NCBI GenBank assembly: GCA_019058365.1
Contig: JAHPZE010000003.1
Span: 160,001-224,000 of the forward strand
Length of the DNA: 64,000 nt
Source: Promethearchaeota archaeon
GTDB taxonomy: Archaea > Asgardarchaeota > Lokiarchaeia > Sigyniarchaeales > SOKP01
Direction: 5' to 3'
In this document: positions 10,920 through 21,615 of the stretch, piece by piece
Layout of the letters: each line of letters opens with the position of its first letter
Position numbering within the stretch: the first letter of the stretch is position 1
Notes under the pieces: model-generated
Databases searched by the model: none
The model's input: the letters and a program-made list of their open reading frames with translations, nothing else
Told to the model about the DNA's origin: nothing
Position numbers and translations under genes: made by a program

Positions 10920-10961
10920 TCCATAAGTAATTATATTATTAAAAGAGATTGAGGATTTAAA

Positions 10962-11138
10962 TTGAGCAAATTCGAGAGATATAAAAAAAAAACTGAAACT
11001 TATATAGACCCCCATAAACATTGTAAAAAGTGCGGAGAAATGATAGATGAAGCGTTTTCTTATTGCCAAGATTGCTATGAAACCTTAAAAGAAAAGAAAA
11101 AAAGAAAATTCTTCAGGAGGAAAAATAAAGATTCATAA
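10962..11138 (+). CDS. Small Zn-ribbon protein, DUF2116-like (58 aa; not in ORF track)
   Basis: TTG start after GAGGA; MSKFERYKKKTETYIDPHKHCKKCGEMIDEAFSYCQDCYE...; two CxxC pairs. Confidence 0.75.
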   Translation: MSKFERYKKKTETYIDPHKHCKKCGEMIDEAFSYCQDCYETLKEKKKRKFFRRKNKDS

Positions 11139-11177
11139 TTAATAATCCACTATTTCTAAACTACAGAATTTCTAAAA

Positions 11178-12884
11178 TTAGATATTTAATCTCTCTATCA
11201 GCCAATTTTTATCTAATAAGGATAAAAAAGGTCCCAATCGTGGACCGCTTTTTTTACCTAAGATAATTTGATAGAGTGCTTCAAATAATTTTCTCGGGGG
11301 GTAATTTAATTCATTTTTAGCTAAAGAAAAAATCCTATTTTGAATAGAATCAGCATCTAAAGCTTCAGTTTGATTTATATATTCTTTTAATAGTTGTATT
11401 CCTTTAATTTGGTTTTTTTCCATTTTTTTTATAATATTTTTATTAATTTCATTAGGTATTGTGAAAATCTCTATTTTTTTCTCAATTTCTTTCTTTGTTT
11501 TAGGATCTTTTTCTGTTTCTAGTATGTTTTTTACTTCTTCAATCCAATTTTTAGTACGGAAAAGAAGCGCCTCGAATTCCTGTTTTGTCATTATTTTTTC
11601 AAAATTTTGCATTTCCATATAGGATTTTGCTTTTTCATAGAGTTTATCCAAACTTAAAATATTCTGAATTTGAGTGAAAAATGACAAAATTTTCAAGGGT
11701 ATTCTTTTTGTTTTCGTGTATGGAACATCGGATACTTGAGTTAAGGGAAAAATGTAATTGAAAAACCTGCTATCTTCGGAATCTTCAGTTGTTTCTAAAC
11801 CATAATAAATATTTTCCATTCTTTCATAATAATCATAATATTGGGGTAGTTCTTCAATCCTAAATGTAATATGTTTTGTTGGAATAGTTTTTAAAATAAT
11901 TGTCCTATAAATCCTTGGATCTGCCATATCTAGGTATTTCGTTGGAGTAAAAACATGCCCTTTAGAAGTTCCCATATCTTGATCTCCTAATCTTAACCAT
12001 TCATAAGGAACTTTAACCGGTCCTTCATAAGCATATAATTCTTGACATAATTCAATTCCCGTATCATAAGCACCTCCTTTAACACTATGATCTTTACCCG
12101 CGGGTTCACAAGTAGTATTATATATAGCCCATTTTGCAGGCCAATCTACACGCCAATTTAATTTCAGTCTCCCACTCCAAATAGATAGAATTCCATCATA
12201 CCCACACGCCTCACATACGTATGAGACTGTTTCTTTCTCTTTAAAAAATTCTTTCACTCTATTTGGGTTAATAGATCCTTCACCATCTCGGTGTTGAATT
12301 CGATTACAATTTTCACATATCACCATTACGGGCATCCAATTTCTCTGCATTTCAATAAAATCTTCTTTATCTTCTTCTTTTAGGGTGGGAATTATGTATT
12401 TCTTTAATATTTCTTTAATTTTTTCTGTATTCTCTAAGGCAATTTTAATTTTTTCTTGCATTTTTTTTGTTTTGTATAACTCATGAGACCATACAATTTT
12501 TGTTTTAATTCCAAAACTAGGAAATACATTAATTAATTCATTACCAAAGTGATGAGCATAACTCTCACAACTACAATCACTATATGGACATGGAATCATA
12601 GAAAATGGTTTCCCAATGTGTTTATTTTGGAAATCTTTTGAGATATATAACGGAAATCGTTTAGCCGCGTCTAAACTGTCGAAGAATAATAAATTATTAA
12701 CCACTTTACCATCTTTTTCAAAGATTCTTCTTAAAGTATCACAAATTATTATTTCTCGTAATATTCCTAAATGAATATGACCTGATGGTGTTTTACCGGT
12801 AGAGAGTGTTATTTCTTCAGGTTTTCGTGAGTAGATTTTTTCAACAATTTCTTCTACCCAATGAACTGGAAAATCTTCATTCAA
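11178..12884 (-). CDS. lysS: Lysine--tRNA ligase, class I
   Basis: TPSGHIHLG (HIGH), KLNWRVDWPAKW, EPAGKDH, MGTSKG (KMSKS-like), GPRLG. Confidence 0.96.
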   Translation of the reverse strand: MNEDFPVHWVEEIVEKIYSRKPEEITLSTGKTPSGHIHLGILREIIICDTLRRIFEKDGKVVNNLLFFDSLDAAKRFPLYISKDFQNKHIGKPFSMIPCPYSDCSCESYAHHFGNELINVFPSFGIKTKIVWSHELYKTKKMQEKIKIALENTEKIKEILKKYIIPTLKEEDKEDFIEMQRNWMPVMVICENCNRIQHRDGEGSINPNRVKEFFKEKETVSYVCEACGYDGILSIWSGRLKLNWRVDWPAKWAIYNTTCEPAGKDHSVKGGAYDTGIELCQELYAYEGPVKVPYEWLRLGDQDMGTSKGHVFTPTKYLDMADPRIYRTIILKTIPTKHITFRIEELPQYYDYYERMENIYYGLETTEDSEDSRFFNYIFPLTQVSDVPYTKTKRIPLKILSFFTQIQNILSLDKLYEKAKSYMEMQNFEKIMTKQEFEALLFRTKNWIEEVKNILETEKDPKTKKEIEKKIEIFTIPNEINKNIIKKMEKNQIKGIQLLKEYINQTEALDADSIQNRIFSLAKNELNYPPRKLFEALYQIILGKKSGPRLGPFLSLLDKNWLIERLNI

Positions 12885-13023
12885 TTTTTATTCACTTTAG
12901 AGCTTTTACTTTAATGAGGTAGTGTTTTGTATTACAAAAATTTTTCTATTATGAAAAATTGTATATTTAACGTAAGCAAATTATATTTATCATTTTTGCT
13001 TTTAAATGGTAGTGAGTTAATTA

Positions 13024-14856
13024 ATGAGGATTGCTGTTTTAAATAAGGATTTTTGTAAACCAGATAAATGCAGTCCCTTTGGGGAAAAACCTTGTATCAA
13101 ATATTGCCCCAGAGTAAGGACTGGAGATAAAACAATAGTTTTAAGCTCTGATGCAAAAAGCGTTATAATAACAGAAAGTTTATGTTCTGGAGAAGGTATT
13201 TGCATTAAAAAATGTCCTTTTAATGCAATACATATTGTAAATTTACCCGATCCTCTGGAAAATCAAATTTCATATCGATATGGACAAGATCAATTTTCCT
13301 TATTTCGAATGGCAATCCCTAAAAAAGGAAAAGTGCTTGGACTCATAGGACAAAATGGAATTGGTAAAAGTACATTATTGAAATTACTTTCGAATGAATT
13401 GATTATAAATTTTGGTCGGTTTGGAGAAGAAACTCCCGAATGGAAGGAAATAATTGAACATTTTAAAGGTTCTGAACTACATCAATATTTCATTGAATTA
13501 AAAGAAGACAAAGCTAAGATTGTCCACAAACCTCAAAATATTACAGTGATCCCTAAATTTGTATCGGGAAAAGTATTTGATCTTTTGAATAAAAATGATA
13601 TGGGAGAACAACTGGATCAAATTTCTAAGGAATTGAACCTTACAGAAATCTTAGACAGAGAAATTTCAGTACTTTCAGGAGGAGAATTACAAAGAGTGGC
13701 CATTGCAGCAGCTTATCTTAAAGACGGAGATATATATTTATTTGATGAACCGAGCTCATATTTAGATGTTAGTGAAAGAATCAATATGGCTAAATTAATC
13801 CGTACATTATCGGATAAAAATAAGACTATAATTGTTGTCGAACATGATTTAGCTATTTTAGATTACTTAAGTGATTACGTTTCAATTTTATACGGAATCC
13901 CTGGTGTTTATGGAATAGTATCATATCCTCAAGGTGTTCGAGTGGGTATAAATATCTATTTGAATGGATATATCAAGGATGAAAACATGAGGTTCAGAGA
14001 GGAGGCTATCTTATTTCATGAACGTCCACCTCAAGAATCTTTATTTGATTCTGGAGATGTCATTTTTTCTTATGATGATATTGAAACTTCATTAGGAAAC
14101 TTTCATCTAACCGCTTCTGGGAGTGAAATTCATGCTGGTGAGATTATTGGAATATTAGGACCAAATGGTATTGGTAAAACTACCTTCATAAACTCAATCG
14201 CAAAAACTATTACTACTGAAATTAAAGATTTGGATGAGAAAATAGAAGAAAACAATGAAGAAAATAATAAAAAATTGAAGGTAATAATAAAACCACAGTA
14301 TATTAAAATTGAAGAGGAAGGATCAGTATCAGATCTTATAGCACAAATTAGATTAGCTCCCCATTTGAGTCAATCCTATAAGAAGAGATTGATAAATAAT
14401 TTAAATTTGGAGAATATAAGAGAGAGAAGTTTTTCTGAATTAAGTGGAGGAGAATTACAGCGAGCAGCAATTGCTAAATGTCTTTCTACAGAAGCAGATA
14501 TTTATTTATTAGATGAACCTTCAGCGTTTTTAGACGTTGAAATGAGATTACAGGTTGCTCAATTACTTCGTAAATCTATCGAAGAGTTAAAAAAATCTGG
14601 TTTTGTTGTAGAACATGATATAATAACACAAGATTTTATTGCTGATTCCATATTAGTATTTGAAGGGATTCCTGGTTTAGAAGGTAAGGCTTTACCTCCT
14701 CAAAATTTGAGGGATGGATTTAATACATTTTTAAAAATTATGGGAATAACATTTAGGAGAGATAGCATTACGAAAAGACCTCGTGTAAATAAATTAGGAA
14801 GTAATAAAGACTTATATCAAAAACGCATAAATGAGTTTTATTATATCCCTAAATAA
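13024..14856 (+). CDS. rli1: Ribosome recycling ATPase ABCE1/RLI1
   Basis: N-terminal Fe-S Cys cluster plus two ABC domains with LSGGELQR. Confidence 0.97.
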   Translation: MRIAVLNKDFCKPDKCSPFGEKPCIKYCPRVRTGDKTIVLSSDAKSVIITESLCSGEGICIKKCPFNAIHIVNLPDPLENQISYRYGQDQFSLFRMAIPKKGKVLGLIGQNGIGKSTLLKLLSNELIINFGRFGEETPEWKEIIEHFKGSELHQYFIELKEDKAKIVHKPQNITVIPKFVSGKVFDLLNKNDMGEQLDQISKELNLTEILDREISVLSGGELQRVAIAAAYLKDGDIYLFDEPSSYLDVSERINMAKLIRTLSDKNKTIIVVEHDLAILDYLSDYVSILYGIPGVYGIVSYPQGVRVGINIYLNGYIKDENMRFREEAILFHERPPQESLFDSGDVIFSYDDIETSLGNFHLTASGSEIHAGEIIGILGPNGIGKTTFINSIAKTITTEIKDLDEKIEENNEENNKKLKVIIKPQYIKIEEEGSVSDLIAQIRLAPHLSQSYKKRLINNLNLENIRERSFSELSGGELQRAAIAKCLSTEADIYLLDEPSAFLDVEMRLQVAQLLRKSIEELKKSGFVVEHDIITQDFIADSILVFEGIPGLEGKALPPQNLRDGFNTFLKIMGITFRRDSITKRPRVNKLGSNKDLYQKRINEFYYIPK

Positions 14857-15108
14857 AATACTCCTTAATTTCGATTGGAAAATAATCAAATTAAAACCAA
14901 TAATCTGGTTTATTTCTATTTTAATAATATTATTTAAATATTTTTTATGAATTATAAGCTGGGTTCTATACTAAAATTTAAAGATATTTTTAATTTCTCC
15001 TATATTAAAATAAGTTTGCAGTGGAAATCTTGGTCCCTATATTGAAATTAATACATTATTAATAAATAGGGTTGAATCAGATATAAAATATAAAGAAAAA
15101 TAAATTAG

Positions 15109-15363
15109 TTAATCTTTAAATTTCCAAAAAACACGTGGTCGTCCTCTATTTCCATCATTGCGAGAAAATCTTTCAATTAATTTCTTTTTCTGAAGCTTTA
15201 CAAGATTGTCATATATAGTAGTTCTTGGAGTTTCTAGTTGCTTTACTAAATCTCGCCTTGTTAATGGCCCCACGTCTTTTAAAGTTTTTATTAAATTAAA
15301 TTGAATGGGTGATAGATATGCTCTTGGTTCAGGATAATTTTCTAATGATGTTTTATTTGCCAT
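15109..15363 (-). CDS. Small winged-HTH transcription regulator (TrmB-like)
   Basis: GPLTRRDLVKQLETPRTTIYDNLVKL...GRPR. Confidence 0.8.
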   Translation of the reverse strand: MANKTSLENYPEPRAYLSPIQFNLIKTLKDVGPLTRRDLVKQLETPRTTIYDNLVKLQKKKLIERFSRNDGNRGRPRVFWKFKD

Positions 15364-15577
15364 GATTTATTCCTCCACATCTTTAAAATAGAAAGAAATA
15401 CGACAATTTAACGACTTTTTAAATTTTAAAGTGAAAAAATTTATTCTTATGATCTAAATAATTCCAAATGATATATAAATGATGCTTATTTATGTAGTAT
15501 TATCATCAATTAGCATAAGATTTAAAAATTAAAATTTTTACTTTCATATTGTAAAACTAATTGTTATTCATTAAAAG

Positions 15578-15949
15578 ATGACTGAAACTGCAAGAACAAC
15601 TGTTACAATTAATAAAAGTTATATGAAATTAATTGAAGAATTAGTAGATGTTTTTGGAGCAACAAAAGCACAAGTGATCAGTAATATAGTGGAATATTTT
15701 TTTAATGATAGTAAAAATGATCCTCTTTTAAAGAAGTTAAGAGCAAGAAAAAGAAAAGATAAACCCCCTGAGAAATCTGATCTTGATAAAAGAATACAGA
15801 ATTATTTAAGAAGGGCAGATAAAATACCTTTCGAAATATTTATTGAACACTTAAAATTAGATTCTGAGTTTGTAATAGAACATCTAGATGACTGGGCTGA
15901 AAAATATGATTTTATGGTGATTGAGAATAAGATAATTAAAACTAAGTAA
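15578..15949 (+). CDS. Ribbon-helix-helix domain protein
   Basis: RTTVTIN strand followed by two helices (TKAQVISNIVEYF). Confidence 0.65.
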   Translation: MTETARTTVTINKSYMKLIEELVDVFGATKAQVISNIVEYFFNDSKNDPLLKKLRARKRKDKPPEKSDLDKRIQNYLRRADKIPFEIFIEHLKLDSEFVIEHLDDWAEKYDFMVIENKIIKTK

Positions 15950-15984
15950 ATTTAATAACTTCTTTTAAACGATTATTTAAAATA

Positions 15985-16185
15985 TCACCGAAATAAATCA
16001 AAAAAATCATTTGACAACCCAACAGTCCAATCTAACATTGAAGTAACAACACCAATGATAATGAAAAAAATGAATAATGCAAACCCAACTAATAACGCAT
16101 ATTCAATAAGATTTCCTCCATATTCATCAGAAAAGAACTCTTTAGCTTTAGATCTAAATTTTTTGAAAAAATTTTTAAGCTTCAT
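15985..16185 (-). CDS. Flp/Fap-type pilin
   Basis: Basic leader, FSDEYG|GNLIEYALL with E+5/Y+6, then hydrophobic helix; 66 aa. Confidence 0.8.
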   Translation of the reverse strand: MKLKNFFKKFRSKAKEFFSDEYGGNLIEYALLVGFALFIFFIIIGVVTSMLDWTVGLSNDFFDLFR

Positions 16186-16257
16186 TATTACATCTATTTT
16201 TAATTACTCTTTTAAACTAAACTAATTCTAATTGGACTCTTATTTGAAAATATATTT

Positions 16258-16671
16258 TTAGAATTTTAAAATTTTATAGACTTCATTAAGCTCATCTTCG
16301 GGTGCTTGAGTTCTAGGTATTTTAATTCGAAATTTTTCATCATCATAATTTCGTGGGATTATGTGAATATGAAAATGTTTAATAACTTGCCCTGCAGCGG
16401 CAAAATTATTTTGAAGTATATTATACCCATCAATTTTTAAATTTTTATGAATCTTTGTTGCTAAATTCTTTACTTCCTTATAGACTTCAGTAAGCTCATA
16501 ATTCGGTATGTCTTCTAAATTTGAATAATGATTTTTGGGGATTACAATAGTATGTCCTTTAGAAATAGGAGAAATATCTAAAAAGGCTAAAACTAATTCA
16601 TTTTCAAATAATATTTTTGAAGGAATTTCTTTATTAGTTATTTTACAAAATAAACAATCTTTTCGTTTCAT
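16258..16671 (-). CDS. hit: HIT family hydrolase
   Basis: DCLFCKI, GHTIVIPK, HFHIHIIPR. Confidence 0.95.
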   Translation of the reverse strand: MKRKDCLFCKITNKEIPSKILFENELVLAFLDISPISKGHTIVIPKNHYSNLEDIPNYELTEVYKEVKNLATKIHKNLKIDGYNILQNNFAAAGQVIKHFHIHIIPRNYDDEKFRIKIPRTQAPEDELNEVYKILKF

Positions 16672-16802
16672 ATCTATTAGACTCTTTTTAGTTTTAAGAT
16701 ATTTTCGATTTAATATATATATTTTAATTTAAAATTAAAAAACCTTTACTCAGTTTTATCATATTAAAATATCCAAATTTTCCATATTAATGCTTTTAAA
16801 GA

Positions 16803-17627
16803 GTGATTGAAATGTCGCTTCAAGAAATAAAAGAGATTTTAACAAATAAATTTTCACCTAAAGCATTTAGATTCAATTCAGAGATATATGGCTTATATTA
16901 TGATAAGAGTTTAAATAATAAAATGATAAAGAAGGTAATGCTAACAATAGATCTAAGTTTACAAGCGATACATTGTGCATTAAAACAGAAAGTTAATTTA
17001 ATAATATCTAATCACAGTCTAATTAATAAACCAATATTAAAATTTAGACAAAATCTAATAAATAAATTAATATTACTATCAAAGTTCCCAATTTCAATAT
17101 TTGTATTAAATTCCTCATTTATTGCAGCAGAAGGAGGAGTTTCAGATACACTCGTAAATGCTCTTTATTTAAAATTAGAAAACATATTTGAAATTAAGAA
17201 TAAAGAAGGAATAAAAATCCCTATTGGAAGGATCTGTTCACCATTACATTATTTAAATAACAAAGACCCATTTACGTTAGAAAATTTAGTACAACGGATA
17301 AAAACAAATTTGAACTTAAAATATGTTTCATTCGTTGGAAATCTCAAAAAATCAATCAATAAGATATGTATTGTTGGTGGACAGGTTTCGGATGCAAACT
17401 GCATAAAGAAAGCTATGAATTTAGGATGTGATTGTTATATATCGGGAAAAATTGACTATTTTGACGCTGTTTTTGCTAGAGATATGGGACTCAATTTAAT
17501 AGAAACACCTCATTATAAGAATGAAATATTAGCAATGAAAAAATTGTGTAATATTTTGAGTCTAGAGTTTCCTGAAGTTGAATTTATATTATTTAAATCT
17601 AAAAACCCATTTAATACTTATATGTAA
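16803..17627 (+). CDS. Nif3/DUF34-family protein, degenerate metal site
   Basis: Overall Nif3 layout (KKVMLTID, PIGRIC, DCYISG, PHYKNE) but several His ligands replaced. Confidence 0.75.
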   Translation: MIEMSLQEIKEILTNKFSPKAFRFNSEIYGLYYDKSLNNKMIKKVMLTIDLSLQAIHCALKQKVNLIISNHSLINKPILKFRQNLINKLILLSKFPISIFVLNSSFIAAEGGVSDTLVNALYLKLENIFEIKNKEGIKIPIGRICSPLHYLNNKDPFTLENLVQRIKTNLNLKYVSFVGNLKKSINKICIVGGQVSDANCIKKAMNLGCDCYISGKIDYFDAVFARDMGLNLIETPHYKNEILAMKKLCNILSLEFPEVEFILFKSKNPFNTYM

Positions 17628-17723
17628 GATGGTTGATAAAAGTTTAAATTTTTTAAGAGATAAGTTGAATTTAAAAAGTAATAATTTTATTTACCTATCA
17701 TAAACATTGTAAGTGAGAATCTT

Positions 17724-18305
17724 ATGCCTATAATGGAATATAATGGTAAGAAACCCGATATAAGCCCAAATAGTTATGTTTCACCTATGGCGACTTTAAT
17801 TGGAGATGTTCGTGTCAACGATAATGTAATAATTTGGCCCGGATCAATTATTCGCGCTGAAAATTCACCAATCAATATAGGAGAGTACACAACTATATTT
17901 GATGGAGTTATCTTGTTTACACGCTCACAAAAGAGCTCAATAAATATTGGTAGATATTGTATTATAGAAACAGCAGTTACACTTTTAGGATGTTTTCTAG
18001 AAGATTACATTCAAATAAAAGAGGGCTCATTAATTTATGAAGAAGCATCAATTGGTGAAGGAGTAATAATTTTAAACCAAAGTCAGGTTCCACCTGGATT
18101 AACCATCCCTGCCCGAGCTGTCATGAGGGGAATTCCCGTTGAACCCATAAGAGAACAAACGCGTAATGATGTTCTTAAACAGAAAGAAAAAGCTGAAAAT
18201 TATTCTCAACTATTCATTAAAATCAAAAATCAACTACCAAATGCTCAAGGATATTTATTAACCCTGCCAGATTTTATCAAAATGATGTTAAGAAAAGAAG
18301 AATAA
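17724..18305 (+). CDS. Gamma carbonic anhydrase-like left-handed beta-helix protein, His ligands missing
   Basis: ATLIGDVRV, IWPGSIIRAE, hexapeptide repeats. Confidence 0.8.
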   Translation: MPIMEYNGKKPDISPNSYVSPMATLIGDVRVNDNVIIWPGSIIRAENSPINIGEYTTIFDGVILFTRSQKSSINIGRYCIIETAVTLLGCFLEDYIQIKEGSLIYEEASIGEGVIILNQSQVPPGLTIPARAVMRGIPVEPIREQTRNDVLKQKEKAENYSQLFIKIKNQLPNAQGYLLTLPDFIKMMLRKEE

Positions 18306-18327
18306 AAAAAAATCTTTATATATTTAG

Positions 18328-19215
18328 TTATACCATAATATTAAGCATTTTTACAAGATCTTTATACCTTGAACGAAGTGTAACTTCAGTTACTCCCACT
18401 AAGTTTGCAATATCCTTCTGAGAAACCTTTTTATCTTTCTTTTTACAAACTAGATATAATGCACCAGCACATAGACCTTTTGGATCTTTACCACTTGTAG
18501 AATATTTTGAAGTAAAATTGTGTAAAATCTTTATAGTTGCATTTTCTGCATCTACATCTAACTCCAATTCAGCAATAAACCTTGGAATAAGAGAGATGGG
18601 ATCTGTTGAGGGTGCTTTTAAATTTAATTCTCTAATCAAAGTTCTATAACATCTTCTCACATTTTTTGCACTAATAGACGTCTCATCTAAAATCTCTTGC
18701 AAAGTTCGTGGGATTTTTCTTTCTCTGCAAGCGAAATATAAACACGCTGCGACCATCCCATTAATCGATCTCCCGCGTAATAATTTCTTTTTGAAAGCCT
18801 CTATATATAATCGTATTGCTGCTTTTTTAACATGATTAGGCAAGTTTAGATTACTACCTATTCTTTTTAATTCGGTAGTAGCAATTAACATATTCCTCTT
18901 ATCCCATGTCATCCGGGAATTCCATTTAGCAGCTCTTTTCAAATCAGGGCTTTTAATATTTGCTTTATCTATAATTGTGCTTAAACCCATATCTGGTAAT
19001 AAAATTGAAATCGGAGATCCTGTTCTTTCTCTAGATTCCTTTTCCTGCTTGGTAAAGGCTCTTTTTCCACTATGGGATATATCGACTATTCGTTCACTGA
19101 TGACTAAACCGCATTGTCCACATACAGTTTCTCCTTTCTCGTGAAGTAAAATAATCTTACCTTCACATTCAGGACATAAATTTGAAAAATTACTTAAATC
19201 TGATTCAACTTCCAT
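18328..19215 (-). CDS. tfb: Transcription initiation factor IIB
   Basis: CPEC/CGQCG Zn ribbon, RGRSI, GKDPKGLCAGALY, VTEVTLRSRY cyclin repeats. Confidence 0.96.
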   Translation of the reverse strand: MEVESDLSNFSNLCPECEGKIILLHEKGETVCGQCGLVISERIVDISHSGKRAFTKQEKESRERTGSPISILLPDMGLSTIIDKANIKSPDLKRAAKWNSRMTWDKRNMLIATTELKRIGSNLNLPNHVKKAAIRLYIEAFKKKLLRGRSINGMVAACLYFACRERKIPRTLQEILDETSISAKNVRRCYRTLIRELNLKAPSTDPISLIPRFIAELELDVDAENATIKILHNFTSKYSTSGKDPKGLCAGALYLVCKKKDKKVSQKDIANLVGVTEVTLRSRYKDLVKMLNIMV

Positions 19216-19478
19216 AATAACAACCCTATATAATTTTTAAAATAATTTATATTATTAAAACCTATTAATTGAAGATTTTTTAGTAGAAATTATCCCGTGT
19301 AGCGAATAAAATTGTATTATAAAAACTGACTATATTGCGTGACTGAAATGCTAATATATTCTTTGATGCAAATAATATAAATATAAATATAATATATAAA
19401 TATTTCGCTAGTACGTAATTATATTAGAGCATGTCTATGATGGTTTTAAAAAATGATCTATTTTTTCATAATAAGTTC

Positions 19479-20078
19479 CTATACTAAATAAGGAAAACTA
19501 GTTGAAAATCCCAAAAATATTATCATAACGATTGATGTTATCAAGAGTCGAATTATACCATGTGGATTACTTATCACACGATTATTATTAATTAAATAAT
19601 AAAGACTCAAGAAGAAATATATTATACCTAAAAATGAAGCAAGTGCTATAATAGGATGCATGTATAACAATAATCTATCAAACATAAGTTCCGGAATGTA
19701 ACGACCTAAGATATCTATTAAGAAGAAAATTAAACCGTTTGGTAATGGAGACAATATCCAAATCAAAAAATAAATTAGATAATTGAATAGGATTCCAAAA
19801 CCAAAAGATATATAAAGTGTTCCTAATATCAACCGTACTTTTCCGAGCTGATCTTCTTCCTTCATTATACCTTTACTCCTTTGCTGAAGATAAATCCCTC
19901 TTAATCTTGTCAATGTTAATAATCCAATAAAGAATATTAAAAAAACAAATGTATATTTCATGAATGGAAAAATAGCTTGAAAAAACCCAAAATACGACCG
20001 TTCTAACTCAGATAATATAATACCTGAAAGCAAATCTTCTATGAAATCGTTATTCATGAAATTTAGTATAAAATTCAA
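19479..20078 (-). CDS. Hypothetical membrane protein
   Basis: About 4 hydrophobic segments. Confidence 0.6.
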   Translation of the reverse strand: MNFILNFMNNDFIEDLLSGIILSELERSYFGFFQAIFPFMKYTFVFLIFFIGLLTLTRLRGIYLQQRSKGIMKEEDQLGKVRLILGTLYISFGFGILFNYLIYFLIWILSPLPNGLIFFLIDILGRYIPELMFDRLLLYMHPIIALASFLGIIYFFLSLYYLINNNRVISNPHGIIRLLITSIVMIIFLGFSTSFPYLV

Positions 20079-20185
20079 TCTATTTTATTATTCTATTGTG
20101 AATATTTAAAGTCTACACATAATCTAATTTAAAATACTTATAAAAATGAGACAAAAACCAGCACCCAAGATAAGTACACTTACAA

Positions 20186-20653
20186 TTAAGTTATCTTTTC
20201 ACATTCATTATTGACAATTTTCATTGTCGCGTTAAAATCTTGCCACCAATCTTGCCCTTGCTGAGCTACCAACATAGGATCGATCTTATGAGAATCTAAG
20301 CATCTGATTTCTTCTTTATGGGCTTTAATTTTTCCTTTCCATATTTGAGAAATAATATTTTGTAAATTAATTTTTACTTTTTTAATTAATTCTTCGTAAG
20401 GAACCGAAACATCTTCAGTTTTTTGTAATCTTTGAAGTTGGTCAAACTTAACCTTTTCTTTTGCTCGATTTAAATCACTACAACTGATTTTAATAGAAAA
20501 CGGTTCCTCCTTTCCCCATTTGCAAAATTTTTGAATATCACATAAAGAACAATAACTTTCAAAACTAATTGTGTAATCCTCAAGACCAACTATAGAATAA
20601 TTTAAAATTTTTGGCATTTTTCTACTTTTGTTTATTAATAATAACATACACAC
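20186..20653 (-). CDS. Hypothetical Cys-containing protein (true start possibly MPKIL)
   Basis: CSLC..FC motif, protein-like composition. Confidence 0.6.
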   Translation of the reverse strand: MCMLLLINKSRKMPKILNYSIVGLEDYTISFESYCSLCDIQKFCKWGKEEPFSIKISCSDLNRAKEKVKFDQLQRLQKTEDVSVPYEELIKKVKINLQNIISQIWKGKIKAHKEEIRCLDSHKIDPMLVAQQGQDWWQDFNATMKIVNNECEKIT

Positions 20654-20724
20654 TTTAAGCTATTATATTTTAGGGCTTTCAATTTTTTGGTTTAATTTAA
20701 AAAGGTATTTATAAAAAAAAATTC

Positions 20725-21554
20725 ATGAAACCATCAAATAAAAAGACATTTTATCTCACGGTAATCTCTATATCTGTTATAATTGGTATTATTTCAGTTA
20801 TCTTATTGTATATATTTAATTGGAATGCAATAGTTCAGTAATATCTTATCCATGAGGGCGCTTTAGGCGTAGTATTGATCCTTTCGAGTAGAATAATTAT
20901 TTTATCTGGAATGGTCACATATACCTTTTATAATAGTTTCAGCAAGAACAACAATATTTTTCGGATTTACCGTTTTTATTCGGGATTTTCTTCTTATTTC
21001 TTGTATTCGGAAAGGCTTTTGATTTATTTGTGGATTTCATTTATTTTCAATTGAATGAGACTCTTGTTTTAAATACCCTTAAGATTCGATACTTCATTAT
21101 GATCTTTGACTTCTTACCAATGATATTTCTTAGTACTGAAATGATTCTATTTTCCTTTTCATTGCGATCAAGATTAAACAGACTTACCAACGAGGAAATG
21201 CGCAATAAGATTAGCTGTCGATTGATTTTCAGCATTTTATTTATTGAGTTCATAGTCGGAATATTAGCACCAAGTATTCGAACCTTAACCATATATTATA
21301 CTGTTATAATCATTCCTTCATCAATTACAATATTCTGGCTCTTTCGATTTGCTTATAAAAGCAAACATCTCTCTCCAGTCAACACGTTAATCTTGACAAT
21401 AGGATTTGGAGCTTATTTAATTTCTCAAATAGTCCTCTCTTTAGCACAGTTTATTATCGGAGAATCTGATACTTTCTTGATTTTTCCTAAATCAATAGAT
21501 TTGGTTATTTTCCATGTTATCTTTCTAGGTTTTTACCGGGAATCTAAGTATTAA
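20725..21554 (+). pseudogene. Disrupted multi-pass membrane protein gene
   Basis: ATG 20725 frame (MKPSNKKTFYLTVISI...) hits TAA at 20839, hydrophobic reading continues, then shifts frame near 20934 (TAG) into QEQQYFSDLPFLFGIFF, which is in frame with ORF 21030-21554. Confidence 0.7.
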
Positions 21555-21615
21555 ACTAATTTTTTTCTAAATTACTTTTTCTTTAAATAATTCGTATTAA
21601 AGTTTAAGTTATATT

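Noticed and set aside
15016-15028. ORB-like TTGCAGTGGAAAT
   Set aside because: Single imperfect copy, no G-string, not next to cdc6
19300-19410. TAGCGAA/TTCGCTA inverted repeat upstream of tfb
   Set aside because: Only 7 bp with about 100 bp spacing; could be chance
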